Positions 1-8,938 of a stretch of 64,000 bases of DNA are shown here, one piece after another. The notes beneath the pieces are model-generated. The model made no database searches. It saw nothing but the letters and a program-made list of their open reading frames with translations, and had not been told where the DNA came from. Position numbers and translations under genes: made by a program. Every line of letters begins with the position of its first letter. Position 1 is the stretch's first letter. The stretch comes from an uncultured virus (IMG/VR IMGVR_UViG_3300009666_001319) (taxonomy: Duplodnaviria > Heunggongvirae > Uroviricota > Caudoviricetes). The stretch lies in the IMG/VR virus record IMGVR_UViG_3300009666_001319; one strand, 5' to 3'.

Positions 1-768
1 TTACTGGTCGCGTGTGGGCTCCGGTTGTACCGGATCAGGTGATGTGGATGCATCCGACTGTAATTGCGGATCTGCTTCCCTGGTCTTTTCCCGCACGCCC
101 GTCAGCATCGCAATCTCCACAAAGCCGTCCATCTCTTTGACCTCGGTCTCCTTCTTGTACTGCTCCATCGGCACACCGAAGGTATTAGCGATATCATCCG
201 AGTAATAGCCTTTTCTGGTATCGACCTTAACGACCTCGCCATTCTCGTCCACAGGCTCCTCACCCTTCTTCGGCTTCTCATTAAATATCTGCGGTACATT
301 GAGATCAAAGACAAAGTAGAGTTTACCATCGTATGGGATCAGATATCCCAGCATTTTATAACGGCACTTCTTATCCCAGCCAAAGTGCTCATATATTGAA
401 TCCGTGAAATCAGGGCAGCGCATCCTGCGGCTCTTGCGCTTATCCTGCTTCGCTACGCACCAACGCAGAGCATGCTTGTCATTCTGGTCGCAGCCGGACA
501 CGGAGAAAAGTCCGGTCTCCTCGTCAAACATCAGCTTGACCCAGACCACACCCTCCAGTTCCCTGATGCAGGCAGCATTGAATGAGATATTCCCATCCCG
601 GAAAGTGACAGACGGATCTCGCGGACTTGGGAACAACTCCTTACGAATAACCTTCATTCTGTCAGGATTGAACATTCCCATCAGTTCTTGCCGACGCGCT
701 TCTCTGGCGGAAGAATCCTGATCCTGATTTATATTCTCGTTGATCTCATTGATCTGATCCTCATTCAT
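1..768 (-). CDS. Recombinase-associated hypothetical protein, paralogous to the C-terminal domain of the upstream recombinase
   Basis: ATGA overlap with the stop of 765..2615; KVIRKELFP..ISFNAACI..ALRW..GW..RYKMLG aligns by eye with KVVRADYFP..LRFSTACL..AIHW..SW..KYRFRG. Confidence 0.7.
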   Translation of the reverse strand: MNEDQINEINENINQDQDSSAREARRQELMGMFNPDRMKVIRKELFPSPRDPSVTFRDGNISFNAACIRELEGVVWVKLMFDEETGLFSVSGCDQNDKHALRWCVAKQDKRKSRRMRCPDFTDSIYEHFGWDKKCRYKMLGYLIPYDGKLYFVFDLNVPQIFNEKPKKGEEPVDENGEVVKVDTRKGYYSDDIANTFGVPMEQYKKETEVKEMDGFVEIAMLTGVREKTREADPQLQSDASTSPDPVQPEPTRDQ

Positions 769-2615
769 GCTGTCTTCTTCCACCCTTCCATAATCGTTTC
801 TGCTTCCTTCATCAGGGCCGCCAGTTTATCGGCAGTGAAGGTATTCATCTCTTCCAGTTCTGTGGCCGGGCGCAGTACATCCCAGTCGCCGGCATAATGC
901 TGCTGCACCAGAACTGATGCGTGGTCATAACTGCTGACCGGCACTCCGAATGAGGATGTCCAGGCTGACGGATACACACGCACCGTTTCCTTGATGACGA
1001 TTTCCTCCGCTGTGGCCTCTTCATCTGTCTCCTCTGCCTCATCCGGCTTCTCCGGCACAATGACCTGCTCCACCATCTTTGTAACCACAGGCTCGTCCAG
1101 CTCGAAAATCAGGAGTTTCTGATCTTCCTGGTTTATGTACTGTCCCCGGAACCGGTACTTGCCCTCGTCCTCCCAGCTCATGAGATCGAAGAGCGTCTTG
1201 GACAGGCCACGGCATCCCATCGTGCTGACCACCCAGCGTTCCTCCTGGAGCCTTCCCCAGTGGATGGCGTTCGGGTTGCTCTCATCGCACGGACGGATGG
1301 CGATGGTATTCGTGACCGTGTTCAGCAGAAGCTCCACATATTCCACATCTTCAAACTGTTTAAGGCAGGCTGTACTGAACCGCAGCTTGCCGTTTTCTAT
1401 CGTCATAGTCAATTGTTCCCGTGATGGAAAATAGTCTGCCCGGACTACCTTGTAACCGCCCATGAAAAGCTGCGGTCCCTTGGCAGTCACTTTTACCTCC
1501 GAGATCTCCACGCTCTCACACGCCTTCTGGTATTCCTCCGTGGAGAAGCCCGACCAGTTCTTGTCTATCGGAACAAAGCCGGAAAGGATGCCGCCATCGA
1601 TCACGCTCAGGACAGGGAGCGGACGGCTCTTGGATGCATACGCCCTGGACGACTGCAGCTTGTTCGCCGCGTCATAGACTTCTTTCGTGACGATGGGGTC
1701 ATGGTTTTCGGGATCAATATACTGGGTGCGCTGCCCCTCATTCTTCACAGACTTGTGATCCTTGAAGTTCGGTGTGTAGGTCTTGTGCGCCAGCACATAA
1801 CCGCAATGCCGCTCGTTCTCTATGATCCCGGCGATTGAAGTCGGATTCCATACCTCGTTACCAAGTTTGGTCTTCCTGCCATACTTGGTAAGAAGGTCAG
1901 CAATCTCCGTATGCGACCATCCATTGAGGAACAGGTAGAAAATCACCTTCACGGTTTCCGCCTCATCCTCATTGATGATCAGATGCCCGTCCTCATCCTT
2001 GTCGTAGCCAAGCAGCGCGGGTGTCAAGAAGATGCCCTTTGCAAAGCGCCGCTCCACGGACCAGTTCATGATGAAGGATTTAGACCTGGACTCCTCCTCC
2101 GCTACGGTAGCGAGGATGGTAAGCACCATGGCTCCTGTTGTATCCAGGGTATAAAGCCCGCCCTCGTCAAAGCGGACGCCCACATTATTCTTCCTCAATT
2201 CATCGATAACAGATAAACAGTCAACGACGTTCCTGGCAAACCTCGCTATCGATTTTGCCAAAATCAGGTCAATCTTTCCCGCCTTGGCATCCTCGATCAT
2301 CTGGAGCATACCCTTCCGATGAGTCAGCTCCGTACCTGAGATACCCTCGTCGCTGTATATTCCCGCGAACTCCCAGTGAGGGTTGCTCTTGATCCTCTCC
2401 GTGAAATCATTGACCTGCAATTCGTAGGAAGACTTCTGCTCATCATTCTCCGTGGACACACGAACATACGCCGCGACCTTCAGCGGCCGTTCCTCCAGGT
2501 TGGCTTCCGCCGTAACCTTTGCCGGTATGACGATCAGCCTGGAAGGGTCCACGCCCTTATACCGTTCGGCAATTTTCTCTTTGCTGTCAACCGCGTTCTT
2601 CTCACTGGCGATCAT
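765..2615 (-). CDS. Large serine recombinase with C-terminal extension
   Basis: AAYVRVS catalytic motif, DEGISG, KSIARFARN, LGYDKD recombinase domain. Confidence 0.93.
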   Translation of the reverse strand: MIASEKNAVDSKEKIAERYKGVDPSRLIVIPAKVTAEANLEERPLKVAAYVRVSTENDEQKSSYELQVNDFTERIKSNPHWEFAGIYSDEGISGTELTHRKGMLQMIEDAKAGKIDLILAKSIARFARNVVDCLSVIDELRKNNVGVRFDEGGLYTLDTTGAMVLTILATVAEEESRSKSFIMNWSVERRFAKGIFLTPALLGYDKDEDGHLIINEDEAETVKVIFYLFLNGWSHTEIADLLTKYGRKTKLGNEVWNPTSIAGIIENERHCGYVLAHKTYTPNFKDHKSVKNEGQRTQYIDPENHDPIVTKEVYDAANKLQSSRAYASKSRPLPVLSVIDGGILSGFVPIDKNWSGFSTEEYQKACESVEISEVKVTAKGPQLFMGGYKVVRADYFPSREQLTMTIENGKLRFSTACLKQFEDVEYVELLLNTVTNTIAIRPCDESNPNAIHWGRLQEERWVVSTMGCRGLSKTLFDLMSWEDEGKYRFRGQYINQEDQKLLIFELDEPVVTKMVEQVIVPEKPDEAEETDEEATAEEIVIKETVRVYPSAWTSSFGVPVSSYDHASVLVQQHYAGDWDVLRPATELEEMNTFTADKLAALMKEAETIMEGWKKTA

Positions 2616-3601
2616 TCGTGGCTCACTTCCTTTGTTTCATTTTCCGGCTTTACCCAGTACCACTTCCGCATCTTCCTGAACGGCTTGATACCCAAGGCAA
2701 CCTTTGCATCATTCATGGTTTTCTCGCCGATCCGATATTCAGCCATCAGCTTTTTGATCTCTGTGGACTCCACAGGTCCATCTTCTAATGCCTTTGTTAT
2801 CAGGATGGCAGCCAGTTCATGCTTGTTCTTGGGAAGATCAGGAACAGGCTCGGCATCCGTGCCCTGCTCATTGGTCCCCATCTCAAGCCAGCGGAAACCA
2901 GTCTCCGGCCTGATCTCAAATGAGAAGTCAGGTCCCTTCGGTGCAGAACTGCTTTTCACATGGCGGACGATTCTGATCGCTTCATCATGCTTCGACCGTT
3001 CCACCTGCAGGACGCTTCTCGCGGAAGCTACCAGGTCAATGCTGCCAAGTCCCCGGTATAAATTCTTCTGCCCGCCGCTCTTGTTCATGTGCCCGATAAC
3101 CACAATGGCGCATTCATATTTGGATGCCCATATTCCGGTCCGCCTCATTAGCCTCCGTGCTTTGGACGCACTCATAAGGTCGGAGTCGTTCTCAACATAA
3201 GCCTGTATGGGATCGATAATCAGGAGACGCGGCCGGAAATACTCTATTGCTTCCCTCAGCCGCTCATCGTCGATGGTCAGGCCGCCATAGATTTCCTCGT
3301 TGATGAAGGCAATGTTACGGCAGTCAGCGCCGTAGGCTTCCAGTCTTGGTTTGATGGTATCGGCGGCATCATCCTCAGAACACTGGTAGATGATTTTCTG
3401 TGGCCGTCCGAGCGCCGTTCCATCAGGCATCGCACCACCTCTGGACAATTCCGCCACGATGTTCATCATCATGGTGGACTTGCCATCATTCGGATCACCC
3501 TGGAGAAGAGTGACTTTCCCCACGGGGATATATGGACGCCATAGCCACTGAACCGGCTTTGACTGGATGTCACTGTACAGCGTCAGCAGCTTCGACTCCA
3601 C
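2612..3601 (-). CDS. AAA ATPase (RepA/AAA_25-like helicase family)
   Basis: Walker A GDPNDGKST, Walker B LLIIDP, 'GHMNK..YRGLGS..ASARSVL'; GTG start after a GGAAGG RBS. Confidence 0.8.
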   Translation of the reverse strand: MESKLLTLYSDIQSKPVQWLWRPYIPVGKVTLLQGDPNDGKSTMMMNIVAELSRGGAMPDGTALGRPQKIIYQCSEDDAADTIKPRLEAYGADCRNIAFINEEIYGGLTIDDERLREAIEYFRPRLLIIDPIQAYVENDSDLMSASKARRLMRRTGIWASKYECAIVVIGHMNKSGGQKNLYRGLGSIDLVASARSVLQVERSKHDEAIRIVRHVKSSSAPKGPDFSFEIRPETGFRWLEMGTNEQGTDAEPVPDLPKNKHELAAILITKALEDGPVESTEIKKLMAEYRIGEKTMNDAKVALGIKPFRKMRKWYWVKPENETKEVSHE

Positions 3602-3812
3602 CTTCTTGCCACCTTCCCTCCCGGAACTGATAGGCGCGATAAACACGCACCCTGTCTTTCTGAGAATATTATACAGTAGAAACGCGGTTCTCACCTTGAC
3701 CCAGTTGCGCAAACTGAACTCTGCATTTGCGCTATCAGCGCAAGAAAATGGCTCAGATCCCCAATCCCGCACCCAGAAAACAAATCACCATCTTAATCGT
3801 TTGGAATTCCCG

Positions 3813-3843
3813 TTGCTATGTAAAAAACCTGACGGTAATATGC
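3813..3843 (+). promoter_or_regulatory. Promoter-like motif TTGCTA-17-TAATAT upstream of the XRE gene; same family as the phage repeats
   Basis: ttgcta tgtaaaaaacctgacgg taatat gc. Confidence 0.6.
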
Positions 3844-3886
3844 TGTTGCCTACTGTGGGCCACTCAGAAAGGATGGTGCAAATTAT

Positions 3887-4228
3887 ATGGCCCTTAACTA
3901 TGCAGACGTAGGAAAGCACATAAAAGAGAAGCGATTGGATAAAGGATTATCGCAGGTCGATCTCGGAGAAATTGTCCGTGTTAACAGTGAACACATTAGC
4001 CGCATTGAAACGGGAAAAAAGCCAGTAACACTTGACCTTCTTGTTCTAATAGCCAATGCGCTCGATGTTTCTGCCGATGATCTCCTTGTTGATGCGTTAG
4101 AGTGTACCAGTTCCCCTGTAGGACAGGAGCTTCACGCCATCTTACAGGACTGTAACCATGACGAGCGGGAGATGCTCATTCGACTTTTAAAGTTCATGAA
4201 GGAGCTCTTCCGGGAATTTAGTATCTGA
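3887..4228 (+). CDS. XRE-family HTH transcriptional regulator
   Basis: IKEKRLDKGLSQVDLGE..HISRIETG..LIANALDVSADDLL. Confidence 0.9.
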   Translation: MALNYADVGKHIKEKRLDKGLSQVDLGEIVRVNSEHISRIETGKKPVTLDLLVLIANALDVSADDLLVDALECTSSPVGQELHAILQDCNHDEREMLIRLLKFMKELFREFSI

Positions 4229-4237
4229 CAACATAAC

Positions 4238-4320
4238 AAAAAACCTGCCCGCGTAGGCGGCAGCAGCATCCTTGATTTTATCTTGGGTGCTTCTGTCCTC
4301 TACACGGGCAGATACTTTTT
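4238..4320. terminator. Probable bidirectional terminator
   Basis: ctgcccg...cgggcag inverted repeat flanked by A- and T-runs, between convergent genes. Confidence 0.55.
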
Positions 4321-4330
4321 CGTATGTATT

Positions 4331-4771
4331 TTACGCCACGGCCAGCCAGCAGTCTGTGATGAACTCGGCCATTTCCACAGGCATTGATTCGACATAATTC
4401 TTGCCGTCAAGTGCCGGGAACAGGTCATCCCTCATGAAGGCAATCGTCCGTTCCAGCAGCTTTTCTCCCGGCTGTGCCTTCCATTCCATCGCAGAGATTG
4501 TGGCTGCTGTTCTCGCATCATCGATCAGCGTCGCAAAAGCATCACAGTCAATTTCGCTCCACTGTTCCGCTGCCAATCCTCGCCTTTTGACCGTGTCGCC
4601 CCGCAGTTCCCGTATTTCCGAGCTGACGATCCGGTTCAGTTTCTCCGGCACAACCTCGGCTCTCAAAGTCTGGAGGTACGCCTTGATCAGCGCAGCCACA
4701 GTCAGATCCGTTATCGAAAATCCGTACTCATCAGCGTGAACGTCACGCAGGATTCCTGTATTCATCTCCAT
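4331..4771 (-). CDS. Hypothetical protein
   Basis: ORF with GGAGG RBS; no motif recognised. Confidence 0.6.
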   Translation of the reverse strand: MEMNTGILRDVHADEYGFSITDLTVAALIKAYLQTLRAEVVPEKLNRIVSSEIRELRGDTVKRRGLAAEQWSEIDCDAFATLIDDARTAATISAMEWKAQPGEKLLERTIAFMRDDLFPALDGKNYVESMPVEMAEFITDCWLAVA

Positions 4772-4909
4772 GTACAAAACCTCCCCTGATGTATGTCTGT
4801 AACATTTCCTGTGTTCCTTGTTCCACAAGTTACCTCAGAGTTTTGTACATTTCAAGATTCAGTTGATTCCAGAAGATGGTCATGGTCAGTAAAGCTGGTG
4901 GAAGATATA

Positions 4910-5971
4910 TTATCTGTAGTATTCTGCATACCATTCGGCAAAGGCTCTCAATCCCTCGCGGATGCCGATCTTCGGCGTGAAGCCGTAGTCCCGCTCCAAA
5001 GCGGCGCTGTCAGCGTAGGTCACAGGGACATCGCCGGCCTGCATTCCGACCAGTTCCCGGTGTCCCTCGAAATCATAATCGGCTGGAAGAACTCCGGCTC
5101 GGACCAGTTCCTCCTGGAGCGTGCTGATGTAGTCCAGAAGGTTCTCCGGCTGACCGCCGCCGATATTATACACCGCATAAGGCGGGATCGGCAGGCCGTC
5201 CTCTCCGTTCTTCTTCTCCGGAGCACCCTGCATGACGCGATACACACCTTCCACGATATCGTCGATGAAGGTGAAGTCCCTGCGCATATCTCCGTAGTTG
5301 AAGATCTGGATTGTCTTCCCGGCTACCAGCTTCTGTGTGGCGGAATAGTAGAACATATCCGGGCGGCCGGCAGGACCGTAAACGGTGAAGAAACGGAGTC
5401 CTGTGGACGGGATATTGTAGAGTTTGGAATAGGCGTGTGCCAGCAGCTCGTCACTCTTCTTTGTCGCCGCATAAAGACTGACCGGGTTATCCACCTTGTC
5501 CTCCGTGCTGAACGGCACTTTCTTGTTCCCGCCGTAAACCGAGGAACTGGATGCATAGACGAGGTGCTCCACAGGATTATGACGGCAGGCCTCCAGCAGA
5601 TTGTAGAAGCCGATGATATTGCTCTCGATATACACATCCGGATGATCGATGGAGTAACGGACTCCCGCCTGCGCCGCAAGATTCACCACGATATCAAAGC
5701 GGTAGGTCTGGAAGAGATCGTCCACCAGTGCCTTGTCGCCGATGGAGCCGCGGATGAACACATGCTTGACAGTACTCTCCTCCGCTGCCTTCTCCACAAG
5801 GCCCAGGCGGTATTCCTTCAGTGCCGGATCATAGTAGTCGTTCATGTTATCAAGGCTGACCACTGTGCCACCGCTCATCTCCTTCAGCAGCCGGATCACA
5901 AGGTTTGCCCCGATGAATCCCGGTGAGCCGGTCACCAGGATGGTCTTATTGTTCAAATCCATCTTCTGCAT
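4910..5971 (-). CDS. NAD-dependent nucleotide-sugar epimerase (UDP-glucuronate 4-epimerase-like)
   Basis: TGSPGFIG, NLAAQAGVRYS, YAATK, RFFTVYGPAGRPDM. Confidence 0.93.
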   Translation of the reverse strand: MQKMDLNNKTILVTGSPGFIGANLVIRLLKEMSGGTVVSLDNMNDYYDPALKEYRLGLVEKAAEESTVKHVFIRGSIGDKALVDDLFQTYRFDIVVNLAAQAGVRYSIDHPDVYIESNIIGFYNLLEACRHNPVEHLVYASSSSVYGGNKKVPFSTEDKVDNPVSLYAATKKSDELLAHAYSKLYNIPSTGLRFFTVYGPAGRPDMFYYSATQKLVAGKTIQIFNYGDMRRDFTFIDDIVEGVYRVMQGAPEKKNGEDGLPIPPYAVYNIGGGQPENLLDYISTLQEELVRAGVLPADYDFEGHRELVGMQAGDVPVTYADSAALERDYGFTPKIGIREGLRAFAEWYAEYYR

Positions 5972-7465
5972 TTAATCCCTCCGGAACAGGTCTCTGGTAT
6001 AGACCTTCTCTTCCACATCATCCAGCGCCGTGTCATAACGGTTGGCGATGATGCATCCGCACATCTTCTTGAACTTCTTGAGGTCGTTTACCACAACGAA
6101 GCCAAAGAACGTGCTTCCATCCTCCAGTGTCGGCTCGTAGATCACCACGGTCGCGCCTTTGGCCTTGATCCGCTTCATGACGCCCTGGATGGAGGACTGA
6201 CGGAAGTTGTCGCTGTTCGACTTCATGGTAAGCCGGTAAACGCCAACCACAACTTCCTTCTGGCGGCTCTCTTTATCTGCCGAGTAGGACTCGCTGTTCC
6301 CGTAGGTCCCGGCAATCTCCAGTACACGGTCTGCGATGAAGTCCTTTCTCGTCCGATTACTCTCAACAATCGCTTCGATCAGGTTCTCCGGCACATCCTG
6401 GTAGTTCGCCAGAAGCTGTTTCGTATCCTTCGGCAGGCAGTATCCGCCGTATCCGAAGGACGGGTTATTGTAGTAATCTCCGACTCTCGGATCGAGACAC
6501 ACACCCTTGATGATCGGCGCGGTCTTCAGATGCTTGACCTCGGCATAGGTATCCAGTTCATTGAAGTAGCTGACGCGGAGTGCCAGGTAGGTATTCACAA
6601 ACAGCTTGGTCGCCTCGGCTTCCGTGGTCTCCATGAACAGGACAGGGATGGATGTCTTGATTGCCCCCTGCTGCAACAATGCCGCGAACTCCTCCGCCGC
6701 TTTCATATTCGCCTCATCTGCCCCCACGATGATCCGGCTCGGATACAGGTTGTCGTAAAGTGCTTTACTCTCCCGCAGGAACTCCGGACTGAAGATGATA
6801 TTATCCATGCCCATCTTCTCCCGAACGTGGACGGTGTATCCGACCGGGATCGTGGACTTGATCACGATGGTCGGCTTGACCTCCCTGTCCGCTGTCGCTT
6901 CCTTGATCAGCCCCAGCACCGCTTCCACAGCGGAGCAGTCAAAGAAGTTCGTCTTCGGATCGTAGTTGGTCGGAGCCGCGATGATGATGAAGTCAGCAGA
7001 TGCGTATGCGGGAGCCGCATCTGTGGTGGCACGGAGGGACAGCTTTCTCTCCTCATGCTCCGCCATATATTTCTCTATGTACTCATCCTGGATCGGGCTC
7101 TTCCAGGCATTGATCTTTTCGACCTTCGCTTCTACGATGTCCACGGCAGTCACATCGTTGTGCTGGGACAGCAGGACAGCCAGAGAAAGGCCAACGTAGC
7201 CGGTTCCGGCCACAGCGATGTTCTTCCGCTCGACTGCTACCGACTCTGCCTCATCATCCACAATGACATCTGTGGGCTTGAAGCCCAGCACCTCACAAAT
7301 GGAAAGGAGCTGATCCACGGACGGGCTGTAGTCCTGCATTTCAAGTCTGGATAAAATGGATCGGTTTATATTTACCCTCTTCGATAATTCAGCCTGGGAA
7401 AGCTTCAGCACTTTTCTCCGGCTGACCACGATCTCCGAGAGGAGTTTCAGTGATAAATGCTTCAT
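5972..7465 (-). CDS. ugd: UDP-glucose 6-dehydrogenase with N-terminal XRE HTH domain
   Basis: [31 protein letters not shown]; the first ~70 aa are HTH-like ([21 protein letters not shown]). Confidence 0.92.
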   Translation of the reverse strand: MKHLSLKLLSEIVVSRRKVLKLSQAELSKRVNINRSILSRLEMQDYSPSVDQLLSICEVLGFKPTDVIVDDEAESVAVERKNIAVAGTGYVGLSLAVLLSQHNDVTAVDIVEAKVEKINAWKSPIQDEYIEKYMAEHEERKLSLRATTDAAPAYASADFIIIAAPTNYDPKTNFFDCSAVEAVLGLIKEATADREVKPTIVIKSTIPVGYTVHVREKMGMDNIIFSPEFLRESKALYDNLYPSRIIVGADEANMKAAEEFAALLQQGAIKTSIPVLFMETTEAEATKLFVNTYLALRVSYFNELDTYAEVKHLKTAPIIKGVCLDPRVGDYYNNPSFGYGGYCLPKDTKQLLANYQDVPENLIEAIVESNRTRKDFIADRVLEIAGTYGNSESYSADKESRQKEVVVGVYRLTMKSNSDNFRQSSIQGVMKRIKAKGATVVIYEPTLEDGSTFFGFVVVNDLKKFKKMCGCIIANRYDTALDDVEEKVYTRDLFRRD

Positions 7466-7529
7466 AACGGATTCCTCCTGACAATGTTGTTGCTATCAGC
7501 GTCAATATAATATCGAATGCAACATCAAT

Positions 7530-7558
7530 ATAATAGCAAGAAGCCCTGAATAATGCAA
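7530..7558 (-). promoter_or_regulatory. Sigma70-type promoter for the ugd operon
   Basis: TTGCAT-17bp-TATTAT on the minus strand. Confidence 0.55.
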
Positions 7559-7667
7559 TATGTTTGTTGTTAATAATGGGCATCATTTTCTCCTGTATGC
7601 TCCGTTTTACTATATTTTGGACGCTATCAGCGTCAATGTAAAAGTAATGATGGACGCTAATAACAGC

Positions 7668-7720
7668 AAAAAGCCCACTAAGCCGCTTCCGAAGTGTCCC
7701 GGTAGTTGCTTAGTGGGCTG
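7668..7720 (-). terminator. Rho-independent terminator after the recombinase cluster
   Basis: agcccactaagc...gcttagtgggct inverted repeat with a T-run on the minus strand. Confidence 0.7.
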
Positions 7721-7732
7721 TCTGATACCTGC

Positions 7733-8938
7733 TCATGATGCCTTTGCCATTCTCACGATCTCCACACCGTCATCCGAAACCATCACCCTCTCAATCTCTC
7801 CAAGCCTCTCTTCCGAAACCGCCTCCCAGCCCATCTGGATACAGATGGAAGCCAGAAGGTCGGTCTCGCGGATGGTGCGGCAGGTACAGCCGTTTCCCTT
7901 CCTGCCCTTGTGCCGCTCCCGGCATGTCCATGCCTTGTAGTTTGCACCATCGTATCCCCTAAGCGTCCGCCTGGTCATCGGCGCTCCGCACTCGGCGCAG
8001 AAGATCAGGCCATATAGAAAGTGCGGCTGACCACCCCTGTGACCGACCGCACTCTCGATTTCCTTCTTCTGTTTCAGTTTCTCCTGTACCGCGTCCCACA
8101 TGACAGGCTCCACGATGGCTTCATGATCCCCTTCCAGATAGAAGCTTTCATAGTGTGCCCGTTTGTCCGGCTTCTTCGTCAGAAAGTCTTTAGGCGGCTG
8201 CTTCTGCAGGAGTTTATCGCCCCGGTAGGTTTCGTTTTTCAGGATGTAGAGGATGTCGTTGTGGGAGATCAGCGTCCCCTTCCTCGTCCTCACACCGTAA
8301 TCCGCAAGGAGCCTGCGGATCTCCTCGATGTTCTTCCCTTCCAGGTAGAGGGTGTAGATCAGGCGGACGGCATCCGCGTCCTGATTCGGCACGAGCTTCC
8401 CATCCACGCAGTCGTAGCCGAGGATACGGTTGTTGCCGAGGTTGTACTCACCCCGCTTGAACCGCTCACGGTAAGCCCAGCGGACGTTCTCGGAGATGGA
8501 GCGGCTCTCGTCCTGCGCGATGGCCGAGAGGAAGGAAAGCATCATGGAACAGGATGGGCTTGCCGTGTCAAGGTTCTCCTTCTCGAATCTGACGTCCACG
8601 CCGTTGCCGTGGAGCAGCTTCACATAGTGCTGGCAGTCAACGATGTTCCGGGAGAAACGGCTGATGCTCTTGCAAAGAATGTAGTCCACCTTCCCGTCCA
8701 AAGCGTCCCTTATCAGCTTCTGGAATCCTGCCCTGTTCTCCGCTTTCGTGCCGGATTTCTCGTCGCTGTATATCCCTGCGAACTCCCACTCGTCATTGGC
8801 TTCGATGAAAGATTTGTAGTAGCTGACCTGCGTCTCAAAGCTGTCCTCCTGCTCTTCCAGCAGGGTGGACACACGGCAGTATGCCGCGACCCGCTTCTTG
8901 TGCAGGTCCCTTTTCCTTGGAATCCTTGTGAATTTCAT
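7733..8938 (-). CDS. Large serine recombinase with Zn ribbon
   Basis: AAYCRVS, KSISRFSRN, CAECG...WTC. Confidence 0.95.
   Translation of the reverse strand: MKFTRIPRKRDLHKKRVAAYCRVSTLLEEQEDSFETQVSYYKSFIEANDEWEFAGIYSDEKSGTKAENRAGFQKLIRDALDGKVDYILCKSISRFSRNIVDCQHYVKLLHGNGVDVRFEKENLDTASPSCSMMLSFLSAIAQDESRSISENVRWAYRERFKRGEYNLGNNRILGYDCVDGKLVPNQDADAVRLIYTLYLEGKNIEEIRRLLADYGVRTRKGTLISHNDILYILKNETYRGDKLLQKQPPKDFLTKKPDKRAHYESFYLEGDHEAIVEPVMWDAVQEKLKQKKEIESAVGHRGGQPHFLYGLIFCAECGAPMTRRTLRGYDGANYKAWTCRERHKGRKGNGCTCRTIRETDLLASICIQMGWEAVSEERLGEIERVMVSDDGVEIVRMAKAS

Noticed and set aside
7560..7733. Prophage att site
   Set aside because: Serine-recombinase att sites have very short cores and the other prophage end is outside the window, so it cannot be supported
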